NCBI RefSeq assembly: GCF_964213995.1
Contig: NW_027590172.1
Coordinates: 1 to 64,000, forward strand
Source of the DNA: Mustelus asterias
Taxonomy: Eukaryota
Direction of reading: 5' to 3'
DNA: 64,000 nucleotides
Below are positions 11,700 through 23,284 of the stretch, in pieces. The position numbers and the translations under genes were made by a program. The notes beneath the pieces are model-generated. The model was not told where the DNA came from. It did no database searches and saw only the letters and a program-made list of their open reading frames with translations. Within the stretch, counting starts at the first letter, position 1. Each line of letters opens with the position of its first letter.

Positions 11700-13376
11700 G
11701 TGTCTATCTAATCTTTCCTGTTTTACAAATTAACTTTGAGCTTGAGAATTAGTTTTTAAAAAATGAAAAATCTGGGTTGAGAATCTGGTAAAAACACCCT
11801 AAGAGAATTCGCAATCACAAGGTGTGGCCCATGTTGATTTGAGGAGTCACAGCTGGAAGGATAAAAACTGTAAAAGGGCAGCTGGACTCTTCCTCTTTGA
11901 GTCACAGTGAGACATTTCTAATTAAATACACAGAGGGAATTCCCTCAGTTTTGACATGTTCATTCAAAAAGATTGCAAGTAATTTGATTTAGAAAAAAAC
12001 AGCCACGGGGTATTTGATTATTGTAGATGCTGAAAATCACATTTTCTACTGTGAAAATCAGCTGGAAGTAGCACAATTAACGCAAGATTTGGGACATTTA
12101 AGCTCTTATTGAGCAGAGTACAGCAGCTAATGCTGTAAAAAGGGGGCTGGGCTCAGCCTCTTTTAGCAGGAGACCTGGAGACATTGGCCGGAATTTTACC
12201 GGCCTGCCCGAGGCTCGTAGAATGGTGCCCGAGGGCAATGGAGAATTCCATTCTGTGAGCCTTGTCCACCTGAATTTGGGGCGGGCGTGCCGGTAAAATC
12301 AGGGCCATTGGGTCTGACACTTATCGTCCTGCCTTTGTTACAGAGGTGAACTCATCAGGCAGACCTCAGGGTCACATGTTTGGTTTTGAAATTGCAAGTT
12401 AATTATTTTAAACATCTATTGGACATCCCAATTGGTCTCTGTTACCATGGGGATAAGTGATTCAGGGTCGAGCCTTGATTGGAATTCTGGGTGTTTCTCA
12501 CAGAAAGCAGGCAGTCTGCAGTTAGCTTGGAAACCGTCAACTGTGGGACCAGGAGCTGTGAACCAGCTATGGGAGCAGGAGCCGAGAGGGTCATAAGGAA
12601 TCAGGGGTGTTCCCAATGTTTAAATCCCTCAGGGAGAAGGCAGTGAAGCCCATGCTTGAACTGGGGAGGCCACAGTTTTGAGGTCTTAAAGGAAAGTTAC
12701 TTATTTGAAAGCTAATGGAAGGATCCCCATAAAACCTTGGAGAATAGCTGAAAAAGTGAGGAGAATTGAAGTGAATCTTGGAGAGCTTTGACATTCCTTT
12801 GGGATGGTTCCAGGAACAGAAGTGAATGAACCTTGAAGAAGAAACTAGATAAAACTCTTGGGTCTAAAAGGGTCAAGGGATATGGGAGACAGGGGGGGGA
12901 TCAGGATACTGAATTCGATGATCAGCCATGGTCACGATAAATGGTGGAGCAGGTTCAAAGGGCCAAATGACCTATTCCTGCCTCTAGTTTCTATGTTTGT
13001 AAATTGTTAAATATAAGGGAACTTGTGCGTGTGCGTGCGCGCGCGCAGGGAGGAGGGTAAAAACTACAAACAAAAGCTGAAAAATACTGCAAAAACTCAG
13101 GTCTGACAGCATCTGTGGTGAGTGAAAATAGGATTCATGTTTTGAGTCCACGTGACGCTTCGGAGCTAAAGAGGGGTCGAAAATTAGAACTGAGTTTACA
13201 GCATAAATCTTCACAAAATATAATTGGTCATGCTGATTATTAATATTTCTATTTTATATGAAGGAAAGTTTGTTTTTGATTAAAAACCTGGAATCTTCTG
13301 ATGTAATTTTTCCAGTTAATCGCTGGGTGTTTACATTTCTCTTGAAACGTTAATGTTTCCAACCCAAATTGTAACA
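11700..13376 (+). mobile_element. Long LTR-like repeat with nested insertions (paralog 50110-52088)
   Basis: Begins TG, ends ..TTGTAACA (paralog ..TTATAACA), AT-rich 3' part typical of LTRs. Confidence 0.4.
12186..12306. mobile_element. MITE, PIF/Harbinger-like
   Basis: TIRs GGCCGGAATTTTACCGGC / GCCGGTAAAATCAGGGCC (15/18), 3-bp TSD ATT. Empty site GAGACATTGG at about 50596-50605 in the paralog. Confidence 0.8.
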
Positions 13377-14649
13377 ACTCACACAACAATATTTCAAAAC
13401 AAATCGTAGAAGAAATGTATGATGGTCTTTATTTTGTACAAAGTATTACATTATAAGACACCGCTCTTCTCGGATCCACAATTTCTTAGCTCGAACAATT
13501 ATTTTAGTGAAACAATTCGATAATAAATGAATAAAAATTGTACTAATTGTCGTCCCTTCGAAAGCAGGTTTATCACCCGGCACAGAGGGTAATTTGGGAT
13601 TTCTCCCAAACCAATTAACAGGGATTATACTCTCCAACCACCTGAAGTGAATTCTTTACATGAACCGTCCAGGCCAGTGCAGGTATCAACTTGCAGTTTG
13701 GCTGATCAGCTGAGATTTTCTGCAGCATTTCATCGATCACCGTGTGATTCCTTTCACAGAGACCATCACTGAAAGGACTTTCAGCTGCCGTGTTCATGAC
13801 CAGAATGTTCATGTTTTTACACACGTCTCCAAACTCATCATTAACAAATTCCCCTCCATTATCAGTCAGAAACCTAGCTGGTGCCCCAGGTCCAGTCCCT
13901 GTCCACTTCTCAGTGACTTGTTCTAGAATCACCCTTTTGTCCTTACCATGTATTATTGGAGAAAGACTAAGTTGGGTCACCATATCGATAAAGTGTAGAA
14001 TTAAAATATTTCTGTCTTTGTCTCATACCTTTAGATGCACAGCAACTTCTTCATGAGCCAAGGGAAGGATGTAATCGCTTTGTCCGATACTTTGTACTAA
14101 TCTGTTCTGAGTCTCGTATACTCTTCATCAACCAGCCCTGCATCTTGTAGCAGGATTTTTAATCTTTGTTCGATAGGACGAGCAAATTGTTTGTGCAGCT
14201 TTAAGACAATTTGTAATTTTTTTCTGATTCTCTTCGCCTGATGTCACGAATCCTTCTCAAACCCTATGATTAGAAACATCAGGTTTTGTTAAGAGGATAC
14301 GATAATGTCCTGATTGAGTAAACTGCAGATCTACTGACTTTCCAAATAAAACAATCATTCCTTGTTCCATGTCCAGTTGCATTTGTGCCTTTTTCATGAA
14401 AGGTTCACTCAACATTAAACTGAGCAGGTTCACTGTCAGACACACCAGACTACACCAGTCCTGGAGTGCTGACTCCAGCTACTTTACATGGAATCAACAC
14501 TCTCTTTAGTGGCTTCAATCTATTGATATCACCAACTGGAAACCTTTCATACTCCTTAACCTTGTGTCACTCTTCACCATGAGGTGAATCTTGGTAACAT
14601 CTTCAATCTGATCCACACACTGTTGAGGTGCAGCCACTGTGGAATGAGG

Positions 14650-15085
14650 CAAGGTTAGACAGGTGAGGGTTTTGTCCCCTGGAGTTTAGAACAGTAAGAG
14701 GCAACTTAACTGAAACATATAAGATCCTGAGGCATTTTGACAGGGTGGATGTGGAGGGCATGTTTCCTCTAGTAGGAGAATCCAGAACAAGGGGTAACTG
14801 TTTAAAATAAGTTCATTTAAAGCAGAGATGAGGAAACTTTTTTTTCCCCAGAGCGTTGACAGTTCCTGGAACTCTTCCTCAAAAGTTGCTGTAAGAATCA
14901 CCATTGAATATTTTGAAGGCAGAGCGAGATAGATTCTTGATTAACAAGGGAGTGAAAGGTTAACGGGGTAAGTGGGAATGTGGGGTTGAGGTTACAATCA
15001 GATCAGCCATTATCTTACTGAACGACAGAGCAGACTCGAGGGGCTGAGTGGCCAGTGCTTGCTCCTAACTCATATACTTGAATGT
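14650..15085 (+). mobile_element. CR1/HER1 LINE 3' fragment nested in the Copia element
   Basis: Decayed ORF2 end (..LEFRTVRGNLTETYKIL..) followed by CR1-type 3'UTR. Confidence 0.65.
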
Positions 15086-15592
15086 ATCAAACACAGAACA
15101 GGTGACTGAGTCTGTGACTAACACACTCATCACTGGACCAAATTCCTTCTGATATTCCAATTCCTTCAGAGTGATAACCATCATCATTGTGTTCAGCCTC
15201 AGAATTCTCTGTGTTGTGTCTCACTGCGAAAGTTTATCACACGATGATGTTTTCATTCAGACCTGAAACACCTGTTAATAGTTCCCCAGTCATTGCTGGG
15301 GTTCAATCACCTATTAGTGCTGTTCCAATCCTGTCTTTTGTTGCGATATCCAGACACACTAAAGATGCTTTCACCCTCACACGAAACCTGTCAAAGTCCA
15401 ATTATGCTTCACAGGCAACCAATAGATCATCTATCTTGTAAATCTCAATGAATCTTTATAAAAGATTCAAACCTTCATCAGTATCCAACTGATGGACATC
15501 CAGCTCACAAAATACTTTGCTTCTGATCTTTTTGTCAAGAAGTGACAGTGCCAAGGCCAGACCTTGTTTTCTCCTTGGTCGGGAATGTAACC

Positions 15593-15947
15593 TGGGGTAG
15601 CACGGTAGCACAGTGGTTAGCACTGCTGCTTCACAGCTCCAGGGACCTGGGTTCGATTCCCGGCTCGGGTCACTGTCTGTGTGGAGTTTGCACATTCTCC
15701 TCGTGTCTGCGTGCGTTTCCTCCGGGTTCTCTGGTTTCCTCCCACAGTCCAAAGATGTGCGGGTTAGGTTGATTGGCCATGCTAAAATTGCCCCTTAGTG
15801 TCCCGAGATGTGTAGGTTAGAGGGATTAGTGGATAAATATGTAGGGACAAGGGGGTAGGGCCTGGGTGGGATTGTGGTCGGTGCAGACTCGATGGGCCAA
15901 ATGGCCTCTTTCTGCACTGTAGGGTTTCTATGATTGATTCTATGATT
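15593..15947 (+). mobile_element. HE1-like SINE inserted in Copia gag
   Basis: Full-length copy. Empty site ATGTAACCCGTGTCC at 52751 in the paralog. Confidence 0.9.
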
Positions 15948-16371
15948 GAACCCGTGTCCACATCTCCACCTCATTCTTACATTGATCGGATGGTTCAGAC
16001 TTCAAGAACATCAGCGGGGAATCAGACCCTGACAATTCCCACTGGCTTTCAACCATTTCTCACAAAAACTGCTGGGATTGTAAGCTCCTGCCTGAAATAT
16101 ACTTTCCTTTAGTTTTTAAAATTCACCATGAGACAAACATTCCCTGTTACCATGTTATAATCCTGACAGCATTATGGTGAAGGAAGAAACTGAAGCTAAC
16201 CTTTATTTGGAATAGATTTATTTGCAGAGTAAAACATTACAAGTACATACCTCCCAACTCCACTCTGTGACAGTGTCTCTTTATTTGCACTCGTCCAATC
16301 AATGCCCTCCATTTGTATATATTTAATCTCAAATAATTTAGTTAACACCCAGAGTTGGAGCAGATAATGGG

Positions 16372-16850
16372 TCTAATCTGAGTGATTGCCATAATGTCTC
16401 AACAGGGGTTGAATCATTCTTTTGCTCCCACACTGAGTGCCAGTAAATGGCCTCTCACCTAGATGAACTCTCTGGTTTCTCCACAGATGATGACTCAGTG
16501 AATCCTTTCCCAAGCTCAGAGCAGGTGAATGGTCTCTCTCCAGTGTGAACTTGCTGTTTCTGCAGAGCAGATGACTGAGTGAATCCCTTCCCACAGTCAG
16601 CACGACTGAACAGCCTCTCCCCCAGTGTGACTGCATTGATGAGTTTTCAGTGCAGATGGGTAATTGAATCCCTTCCCACAATCCTCCCATTTTCACAGTT
16701 TCTCCATGGTGCCAGAGTCCTTGTGTCTCTCCAGGTTGAAGCTTCGTCCACATACAGAACGTGTCTACAGTTTCTCCCCACGCTGCATGTTGTGGTGTTT
16801 TTTTCAGGCCGTGTAACTCGTCTACAAAGAGTCAAATAGGTTTGAGAAAC
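16372..16850 (-). pseudogene. C2H2 ZNF pseudogene
   Basis: KDSGTMEKL* start motif followed by frameshifted fingers. Confidence 0.8.
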
Positions 16851-16919
16851 CCAATGCATTCCTTCTGAGCTGTAATGACTCTGACTGGAAAGATACAGCG
16901 TAGCTACATGTAATATAGT

Positions 16920-17200
16920 TTAAGTTTATTGATTAGTGTCACAAGTAGGCTTACATTAACACAGCAATGAAGTTACTGAAAATCCCCGAGTTGCCACACT
17001 CCGGTGCCTATTCAGATACACAGAGGGAGAATTTAGCATGGCCGATGCACCGAACCAGCATGTCTTTCCGACTGGGAGGAAACTGGAGCACCGGAGGAAA
17101 CCCATGCAGACACGGGGAGAATGTGCAAACTCCACACAGACAGTGACCCAAGCCAGGAATCAAACCCGAGTCCTTGGCGCTGTGAGGCAGCAGTGCTCAC
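16920..17200 (-). mobile_element. HE1-related SINE with alternative tail
   Basis: HE1-type head plus tail ..GTAAGCCTACTTGTGACACTAATCAATAAAC; second copy at 58695-58962. Confidence 0.7.
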
Positions 17201-17532
17201 CATAATATGATAGTAAACTAATAAAAATAGAAATGTGCTGAATTAGAAAACCATAAAAAATGGTCCACCAATCACTTCAGTCTCCACAGTTGCATGGCTT
17301 CTCCCTAATGTGATTGAGAACGGAGTTGTTTCCTTCCATGTACAAAATTCTCTGCTGTTCAGATAATCTGATGCTTTGTACAAGTTTCCTGACCCCAAAT
17401 CCTCCTCTTCTCAGACCAACTATATGAACACCTAAACAGAGCTGAAGTTATTTTTCAATTCAGCAGAAACAGACCCAAAGGAACATGGTTTAGTTTGAAT
17501 ATGCTCAACAGGAAAATACAATCACAATAGTT

Positions 17533-18088
17533 CCTTGTGAATTCGCTGGTGTCTCAGAAGAGTGGATGAGGTAACATATCCCTTTCCACACCGGGAGCAA
17601 GTGAATGGCCTCTCCCCTTTGTGAATTCGCTGGTGTATTGCTAGGCTGGATGAGTCAATGAATCTCTTGCCACACACACAGTAGGTAAAAGGCCTCTCTC
17701 CAGTGTGAACTCGCTGGTGTACTGCTAGTTTGGATGACGATTAAATCCCTTTCCACACTGGGAGCAGGTGAATGGCCTCTCCTCTTTGTGAGTTCGCTAG
17801 TGTACAGCTAGGTTGGACGAGTCAGCGAATCTCTTCTCACACTGGGAGCAGGTGAATGGCTTCTCCGCGGTGTGAACTCGCTGGTGTGTCAGGAGACTGG
17901 ATGACCAACTGAATCCCTTCCTACACAAGAGCAGTTGAATGGCCTCGTCCCAGTGTGAATTTGCTGGTGTCTCAGCAGAGTGGATGGGTGAGCAAATCCC
18001 TTCCCACACTGGGAACAGATGAATGGCCTCTCCCCAGTGTGACTGCGTCGATGAGTTTCCAGCAGGGATGGGTAATTGAATTCCTTCC
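17533..18088 (-). pseudogene. 5'-truncated, frameshifted C2H2 ZNF (paralog of the 7392 and 57464 genes)
   Basis: [16 protein letters not shown] first-finger remnant, about 7 fingers, 3' flank homologous to 56540-56790. Confidence 0.8.
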
Positions 18089-18269
18089 TTGGTTGAATTT
18101 AAAATACAGATGGAGCGTGAGAAGGTAAAATCCAAAACCAGTGTCTTGTACTTAAACTAAGGAGACAATAAAAGGGATGAAGGAGGAGTTGGCTAAGGTA
18201 GACTGGGACAAAAACTTTCTGGTGGGACAATTGACGAATAGTGGAGGATTTTCAAAGCAATCTTTCACG
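18089..18269 (+). mobile_element. Internal CR1 ORF2 fragment joining two ZNF arrays
   Basis: [32 protein letters not shown] resembles the CR1 endonuclease C-terminus seen at 39000-39180. Confidence 0.65.
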
Positions 18270-18539
18270 CTGAATCCCTTCCCACAGTGAGAGCAGGTGA
18301 ACGGTCTCTCCCCAGTGTGAACTCGCTGGTGTGTGCACAAGTTCGAGAGGTCAGTGAATCTCTTCCCAAACAGAGCACGTAAATGGTTTCTCCCCAGTGT
18401 GAACTCGCTCATGTGTCTGCAGACTGGATAACTGAGTGAATCCCTTCCACACTGAGAGCAAGTGAATGGTCTCTCCCCGGTGAACTCACTGGTGCCTTTG
18501 CAGATGGGATGAACAAGTGAATCCCTTCCCACACTGAGA

Positions 18540-19232
18540 TCAGGTGAATGGTCTCTCCCCAGTGTGAACTCGCTGGTGTGCCCGCAGGTTGGATACCCAA
18601 GTGAATCCCTTCCCACACTGAGAGCAGGTGAATGGTCTCTCCCCAGTGTGAACTCGCTGGTGTACCCGCAGGTTGGATACCCGAGTGAATCCCTTCCCAC
18701 ACTGAGAGCAGCTGAATGGCCTCTCCCCCGTGTGAATTCGCTGGTGTGTCTGCAGGCTGGATGACTGAATGAATCCCTCCCCACACTGAGAGCAGGTGAA
18801 CGGCCTCTCCCCAGTGTGAACTCGCTGATGCATCCGCAGGCTGGATGAACAAGTGAATCCCTTCCCACACTGAGAGCAGGTGAATGGCCTCTCCCCAGTG
18901 TGAACTCGCTGGTGTGACTGCAGGTAGGATGATCGAGTGAATCCCTTCCCACACTGAGAGCAGGTGAATGGTCTCTCCCCAGTGTGAACTCGCTGATGTC
19001 TCTGCAGGCTGGATGACAGAGTGAATCCCTCCCCGCACTGAGAGCAGGTGAACGGTCTCTCCCCAGTGTGAACTCGCTGGTGTCTCTGCAGGTCGGATGA
19101 CTGAGTGAATCCCTCCCCACACTGAGAGCAGGTGAACGGCCTCTCCCCAGTGTGGCTGCGCCGATGAGCTTCCAGCTGAGATGGGGCTCTGTATCTCTTC
19201 CCACAATCCGCACATTTCCATGGTTTCTCCAT
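18540..19232 (-). CDS. C2H2 zinc-finger protein, 8 intact fingers (decayed fingers continue to 18270)
   Basis: Kozak CACCATGG at 19232. ORF ends at a TGC>TGA in finger 9. Inverted paralog of 36376-36966. Confidence 0.75.
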   Translation of the reverse strand: MEKPWKCADCGKRYRAPSQLEAHRRSHTGERPFTCSQCGEGFTQSSDLQRHQRVHTGERPFTCSQCGEGFTLSSSLQRHQRVHTGERPFTCSQCGKGFTRSSYLQSHQRVHTGERPFTCSQCGKGFTCSSSLRMHQRVHTGERPFTCSQCGEGFIQSSSLQTHQRIHTGERPFSCSQCGKGFTRVSNLRVHQRVHTGERPFTCSQCGKGFTWVSNLRAHQRVHTGERPFT

Positions 19233-19745
19233 GGTGCAGGTGTCCTTGCCGTTCTCTTGGGTGGACAATCAGTTGAAGCCTCGTCCACACACAGAACACG
19301 GGTACAGTCTCTCCCCACTGTGAATGGTGTGATATTTATTCAGGCTGTGTAACTGGTTAAAGCTCTTTAGTCCGTGCACTGGAAGACTCTCACTTGAGTG
19401 TGGCAGTGTGTTGGTGCTTTTCCAGTCACACTGATGTTTGAAATCTTTTCAAATCAACAGACTGGACAACCATTTCTCCTTCTAGATTCAAAGGCCGATG
19501 ATATTCAGCTCCCAAGGAATATGACTCTGTCAGATCTAGATGTGACGTTTGAGATTTCGGTCTGTGATTCCTCTTTCAATATCCTGTAAAATGAGTTTAC
19601 AAAAGTCATCAGTGTCAGTACAGGATAGAAATTCAGAACAGACAATTTCTATGGAACATTCTTTCCTATTTCAGTCCCAAAAAGCTGTAAATCTCCATTC
19701 CACACACTCTCCCTCCATTCTCACTCTGCTGTATCTAATATTCAC

Positions 19746-19811
19746 CCTCCCAATTCTCCTGAAGGTGCTGATTGAGGCTGATTGACAGATCCATGCTCAC
19801 TGCTTCCTGTC
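19746..19811 (-). other. Predicted 66-nt leader exon with uORF start (ATG 19794)
   Basis: TGTCCAG acceptor, G|GTGAAT donor. Same length at 46037-46102 and 54473-54538. Confidence 0.6.
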
Positions 19812-20904
19812 CTGGACACACAGACCATAACAAATAGGAGCTGCAGTCGGCCATTTGGTCCATCGAGCCTTTTAAACTATTCAATGAGATAATTCGTTCA
19901 TCTACCTCAGCATCATTCTCCCCACACTAAACCCATATCCCTTGATATCTGCAATATCTAGAAACCAATCAATATCTCTCTTGAAAATAGTTGATGACCG
20001 AGGCTTCACTGTCCTCAGGGGTTGAGAATTCCAAATCTTTTCCACATCCTTGAGTGAAGAAATCCCCTCACATATTAGCTTTTGCTCCATCTTCTTGTCT
20101 GTTCCCCATAACTCTTGACACCATTGTCAGTCAAAGATCTGTCTAACTGGAATATATTCAATGATCCTCAGCCTCCACTGGTCCCTGTGGAAGAGAAATC
20201 CAAAAGACTAACAACCCTCTGAGGGAAGAGATGTCTGGAAATATATAACGTAGCTACAGTTCCAGATTACAAGATATTCAGATCCCAAGGAATATGACTC
20301 TGTCTAGATGTGACGGTTGAGATTTTTGCCTGTGATTCCTTGTTCAATATCCTATGAAATGAGTTTGCAAAAGTCATCACAGTCAGAATAGGATAGAAAT
20401 TCAGAGCAGACAATTCTAGTTTCTATGGAACATTCGTTCCTATTTCATTCCCAAAAAGTTGTAAATCTCCATCCATATCTATGGATTCTATTTAAAAATG
20501 AAAGTGGATGGGCACTTGAAGGAAATAAACTTTCAGGAGAATGGGGATATAGAGGGGGAATGGGACTGGAATGTTATACAGAGAGTCAGCATGGACTCGA
20601 GTTACCAAATGGATTCCTTCTGTGCTGTAATGACTTTATGACTGGAAATGTATAACATCGCTGCAGCATTATATTACAATGCAAGAAATAATAATAAATA
20701 TATTTTATTACAGAAACATAAATAATATATCTAATCTGGGTACCTTATAACAACACTAGACATATCTCTGTCCTATGTTAATTTACTGTCCCCTTAAATG
20801 TCAGCCATCTCCTGGGGAAAGCTGCCCTTTAATGTGAACATGAGGAAAAAGACCATCCTTTTAGACAGACAAATAAATGTGTCAAGCTGAGGGAGCAAAG
20901 GATG

Positions 20905-21383
20905 TTCACCAGGCTGATTCAGGGAATCGCGGGACTGATGTATGAGGAGAGATTGACGAGGTTAGGATTGTTTTCGTTGGAGTTCAGATGAATGAGGGGG
21001 GAATCTCATAGAGACTGATAAAATTCTAACAGGTCGAGACAGGATAGATGCAGGGAGGATGTTCCCGATGGAGTCCAGAACCGGGGGTCACAGTCTGAGG
21101 ATTCAGGGCAGACCATTTAGGACAGAGGTGAGGAGACATTTCTTCACCCAAAGAGTGGTCACCCTGTGGAATTTATTACCACAGGAAGTAGTTGGTGCCA
21201 AAACATTGAATGTATTCAAGAGGCGGCTGGATAAAGCACTTGGGGTGAATGGGATCACAGGTTATGGGGAAAAAGCAGGATGAGACTACTGAGTTGGATG
21301 ATCAGCCATGATTGTAAAGAATGGCGGAGCAGGCTCGAAGGGCCAAATGGCCTCCTCCTGCTCCTATCTTCTATGTTTCTATA
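20905..21383 (+). mobile_element. CR1/HER1 LINE 3' fragment
   Basis: SRTGGHSLRI..FRTEVRRHFFTQRVVTLWN motif, tail TCTATGTTTCTAT. Confidence 0.85.
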
Positions 21384-21411
21384 TCAATGTCTTTAAGAGA
21401 GAGAGAGAGAC

Positions 21412-21471
21412 CTGGGCCAATCTTCACAGAGTCTGCAGCTTCCCTGGATTCACTTCTTTTCCCTTCAGTTG
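21412..21471 (-). other. Predicted 60-nt leader exon
   Basis: Polypyrimidine tract and TTGCAG acceptor, CAG|GTCTCT donor. Same length at 33364-33423 and 55676-55735. Confidence 0.55.
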
Positions 21472-21532
21472 CTGCAAGTCCCCAATTTCCCCCAGAATGA
21501 GAAAAGAAAGTGTTTTACTCACAGATGTTGGC

Positions 21533-23047
21533 CTCTTTTAGGTCAAAACAAATAAACAAACTCAAGTTAAATCAGGACAAAGTAAAAGGGGCAGCTCCCC
21601 AAAAGGAGGGGGAACAGCCCGAACAAAATCAAAGTACAAAGGAAACTTAAAAACATCAAATTAAAATGTGATTATTAGGGTCAATAACGCACCCCAACCT
21701 CTGCAGTGCCCAACGGGCACGGAAGGCGTCAACCGCGCCCGTGGACACCGCATGCTCCCTCTCCAGGGACACCTGGCCGCGAAGGTAGGTGCGGTAGAGG
21801 GGAAGACAGTCAGGATGGACGACCCCTTGGATCGCCCGCTGCCTGGACCGGTAAATGGCGCGTTTCGCCAGGCCCAGGAGCAGGTTCACGAGGAGGTCGC
21901 CATCCCGACCCCAACAAAAAGAGAGTGCAACCTAAGACACCAAACATAGACATGGTCCACGGACTTCACAAGGCCACAGAAAGGGCAAGCTTCATAGCCC
22001 GTGAACCAGTGAATCCTACGGTTGTGCGGAACTGCTGCATGCATCACCCTTCACCCCAGGTCCCCGATGTAATTGGGGCAATCTCTCCATAGAGGGACCT
22101 CTACGGAAACAAGGCCCGCCAAGGTGTATCCGGGCGACAGGCGATAGTGGAAGGTGTGCAGCAGCAGCCCGCACAGGAAACGCCTCCGCGCGGTAGAAAA
22201 AGGCACGGAGGACATTTCCGCGAGACGGCTCAGGCTGTGGGGCACCTGACCCGAGGAGGAGGGTTGAAGTTTTGGGCCAATGTGGAATTCCGCCCGAACA
22301 GGGGAACGCTCGGGCGGGATCCCACCGCACGCCTGCGCCGCCTCAAGTTTGCGTGCACTTTTGGGGCCGAGCACGACCGTCCTAAGGTCTAGGATGGCTT
22401 TGGCCGCGTGCCGGACGGACGTCCCCGCGCGCTCAGCCAGCACGTGGGGGCTCATCCAGCCCGCCCCTCCGCCATCGAGCACGTCCCCGATTCTGGTCAC
22501 CCCGGCGTCCACAGCCCTCCTCTCCGCCAGCCACCTGAAGTTATACGGCTGGAGGAGCGGATTCCTGAGCAGCGGCTCTCGCACAAGAGCCGCTACTCCT
22601 GACGGGGGAGAGCTGCGTCGCGAGGCGACCTTGTTCCAGACAGTGAGGAGGTCCTGGTAAAAGACGGGCAACTCCTGCAGGGCGGTTGAAGCACGCCCCA
22701 GTTCGATATGCAGGAGCTGCACGTCATAATTGAGGCCGTGCCAGTGGCGGAAGAAATACGTCGCCATGGCACATCATTGTGGAGGGGGCTCAACGTAAAG
22801 GTACCTCTGCAGGGCCTGGAGGCGGAAGGTCGCTATCTGAGTGCGGAGGCACACCAGACCTTGTCCGCCCTCCTCAAGCGGGAGATGCAGAACCGCAGCA
22901 GGGACCCAGTGCAGTCGATTGCCCCAGAAGAACCGCAGGAGGGTTTTCTGGATATCGGTGACAAAGCCAGGGGGAGGGGTCAAAGGGACCAGCCGGTACC
23001 ACAGCATGGAGGCGACCAGCTGGTTTATGACGAGAACCCGTGCCTGT
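21533..23047 (-). mobile_element. Tx1-clade (L1-group) LINE, 5'-truncated ORF2
   Basis: RVLVINQLVASMLWYRL..FFWGNRLHW..LPLEEGGQGLVCL and NLLLGLAKRAIYRSR, typical of TX1 ORF2 C-terminus. GC-rich, with stops and frameshifts. Confidence 0.85.
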
Positions 23048-23284
23048 GAATGGTCACAAACACTCACCTCTGAAACAATTTAACTGATTTTAATATTAAA
23101 ATCTCCTGCTGGAGCCTGCAGCTGGAAAGATATCAGAAGCATTGGCATCAGAGAAAAATCTCCCAGTTGAGGAAATCCCCAGGGAGTGGGGGTGGTGTCA
23201 CTGTGCAATTGTAAGTATGTGATGAGATCACAGACAGGAACACAGAATACCTGGGTCTGTGCAAACCAGTGAACACCACACATT

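Larger units (their letters stand above)
13440..16347 (-). mobile_element. Ty1/Copia LTR retrotransposon remnant, GalEa-like (5'LTR-PBS-gag-PR-IN; RT/RH missing)
   Basis: LTR 16347-16153 (TGTTA..TAACA). PBS TGGTAACAGGGAATGT (12/16 to the tRNA-iMet complement). Gag KNEVEMWTRV..KQGLALALSL, protease SGCTSTVCG..FTQSGHY, integrase KLHKQFARP..FLTDNGGEF..TAAESPFSDGLCERNH. Confidence 0.82.

Noticed and set aside
15593-15680. tRNA-like A/B boxes
   Set aside because: These are SINE heads, continuous with SINE bodies; no standalone cloverleaf.
18540-18542. TGA at zinc-ligand Cys positions (also about 53832, 29790, 10923) as possible selenocysteine
   Set aside because: Downstream fingers carry further stops and frameshifts, and no SECIS-like pattern is seen in the 3'UTR; ordinary decay is simpler.
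18152-19318. Long alternative-frame ORFs over ZNF arrays ([19 protein letters not shown] repeats)
   Set aside because: Expected by-product of repetitive finger codons; no independent sign of coding.
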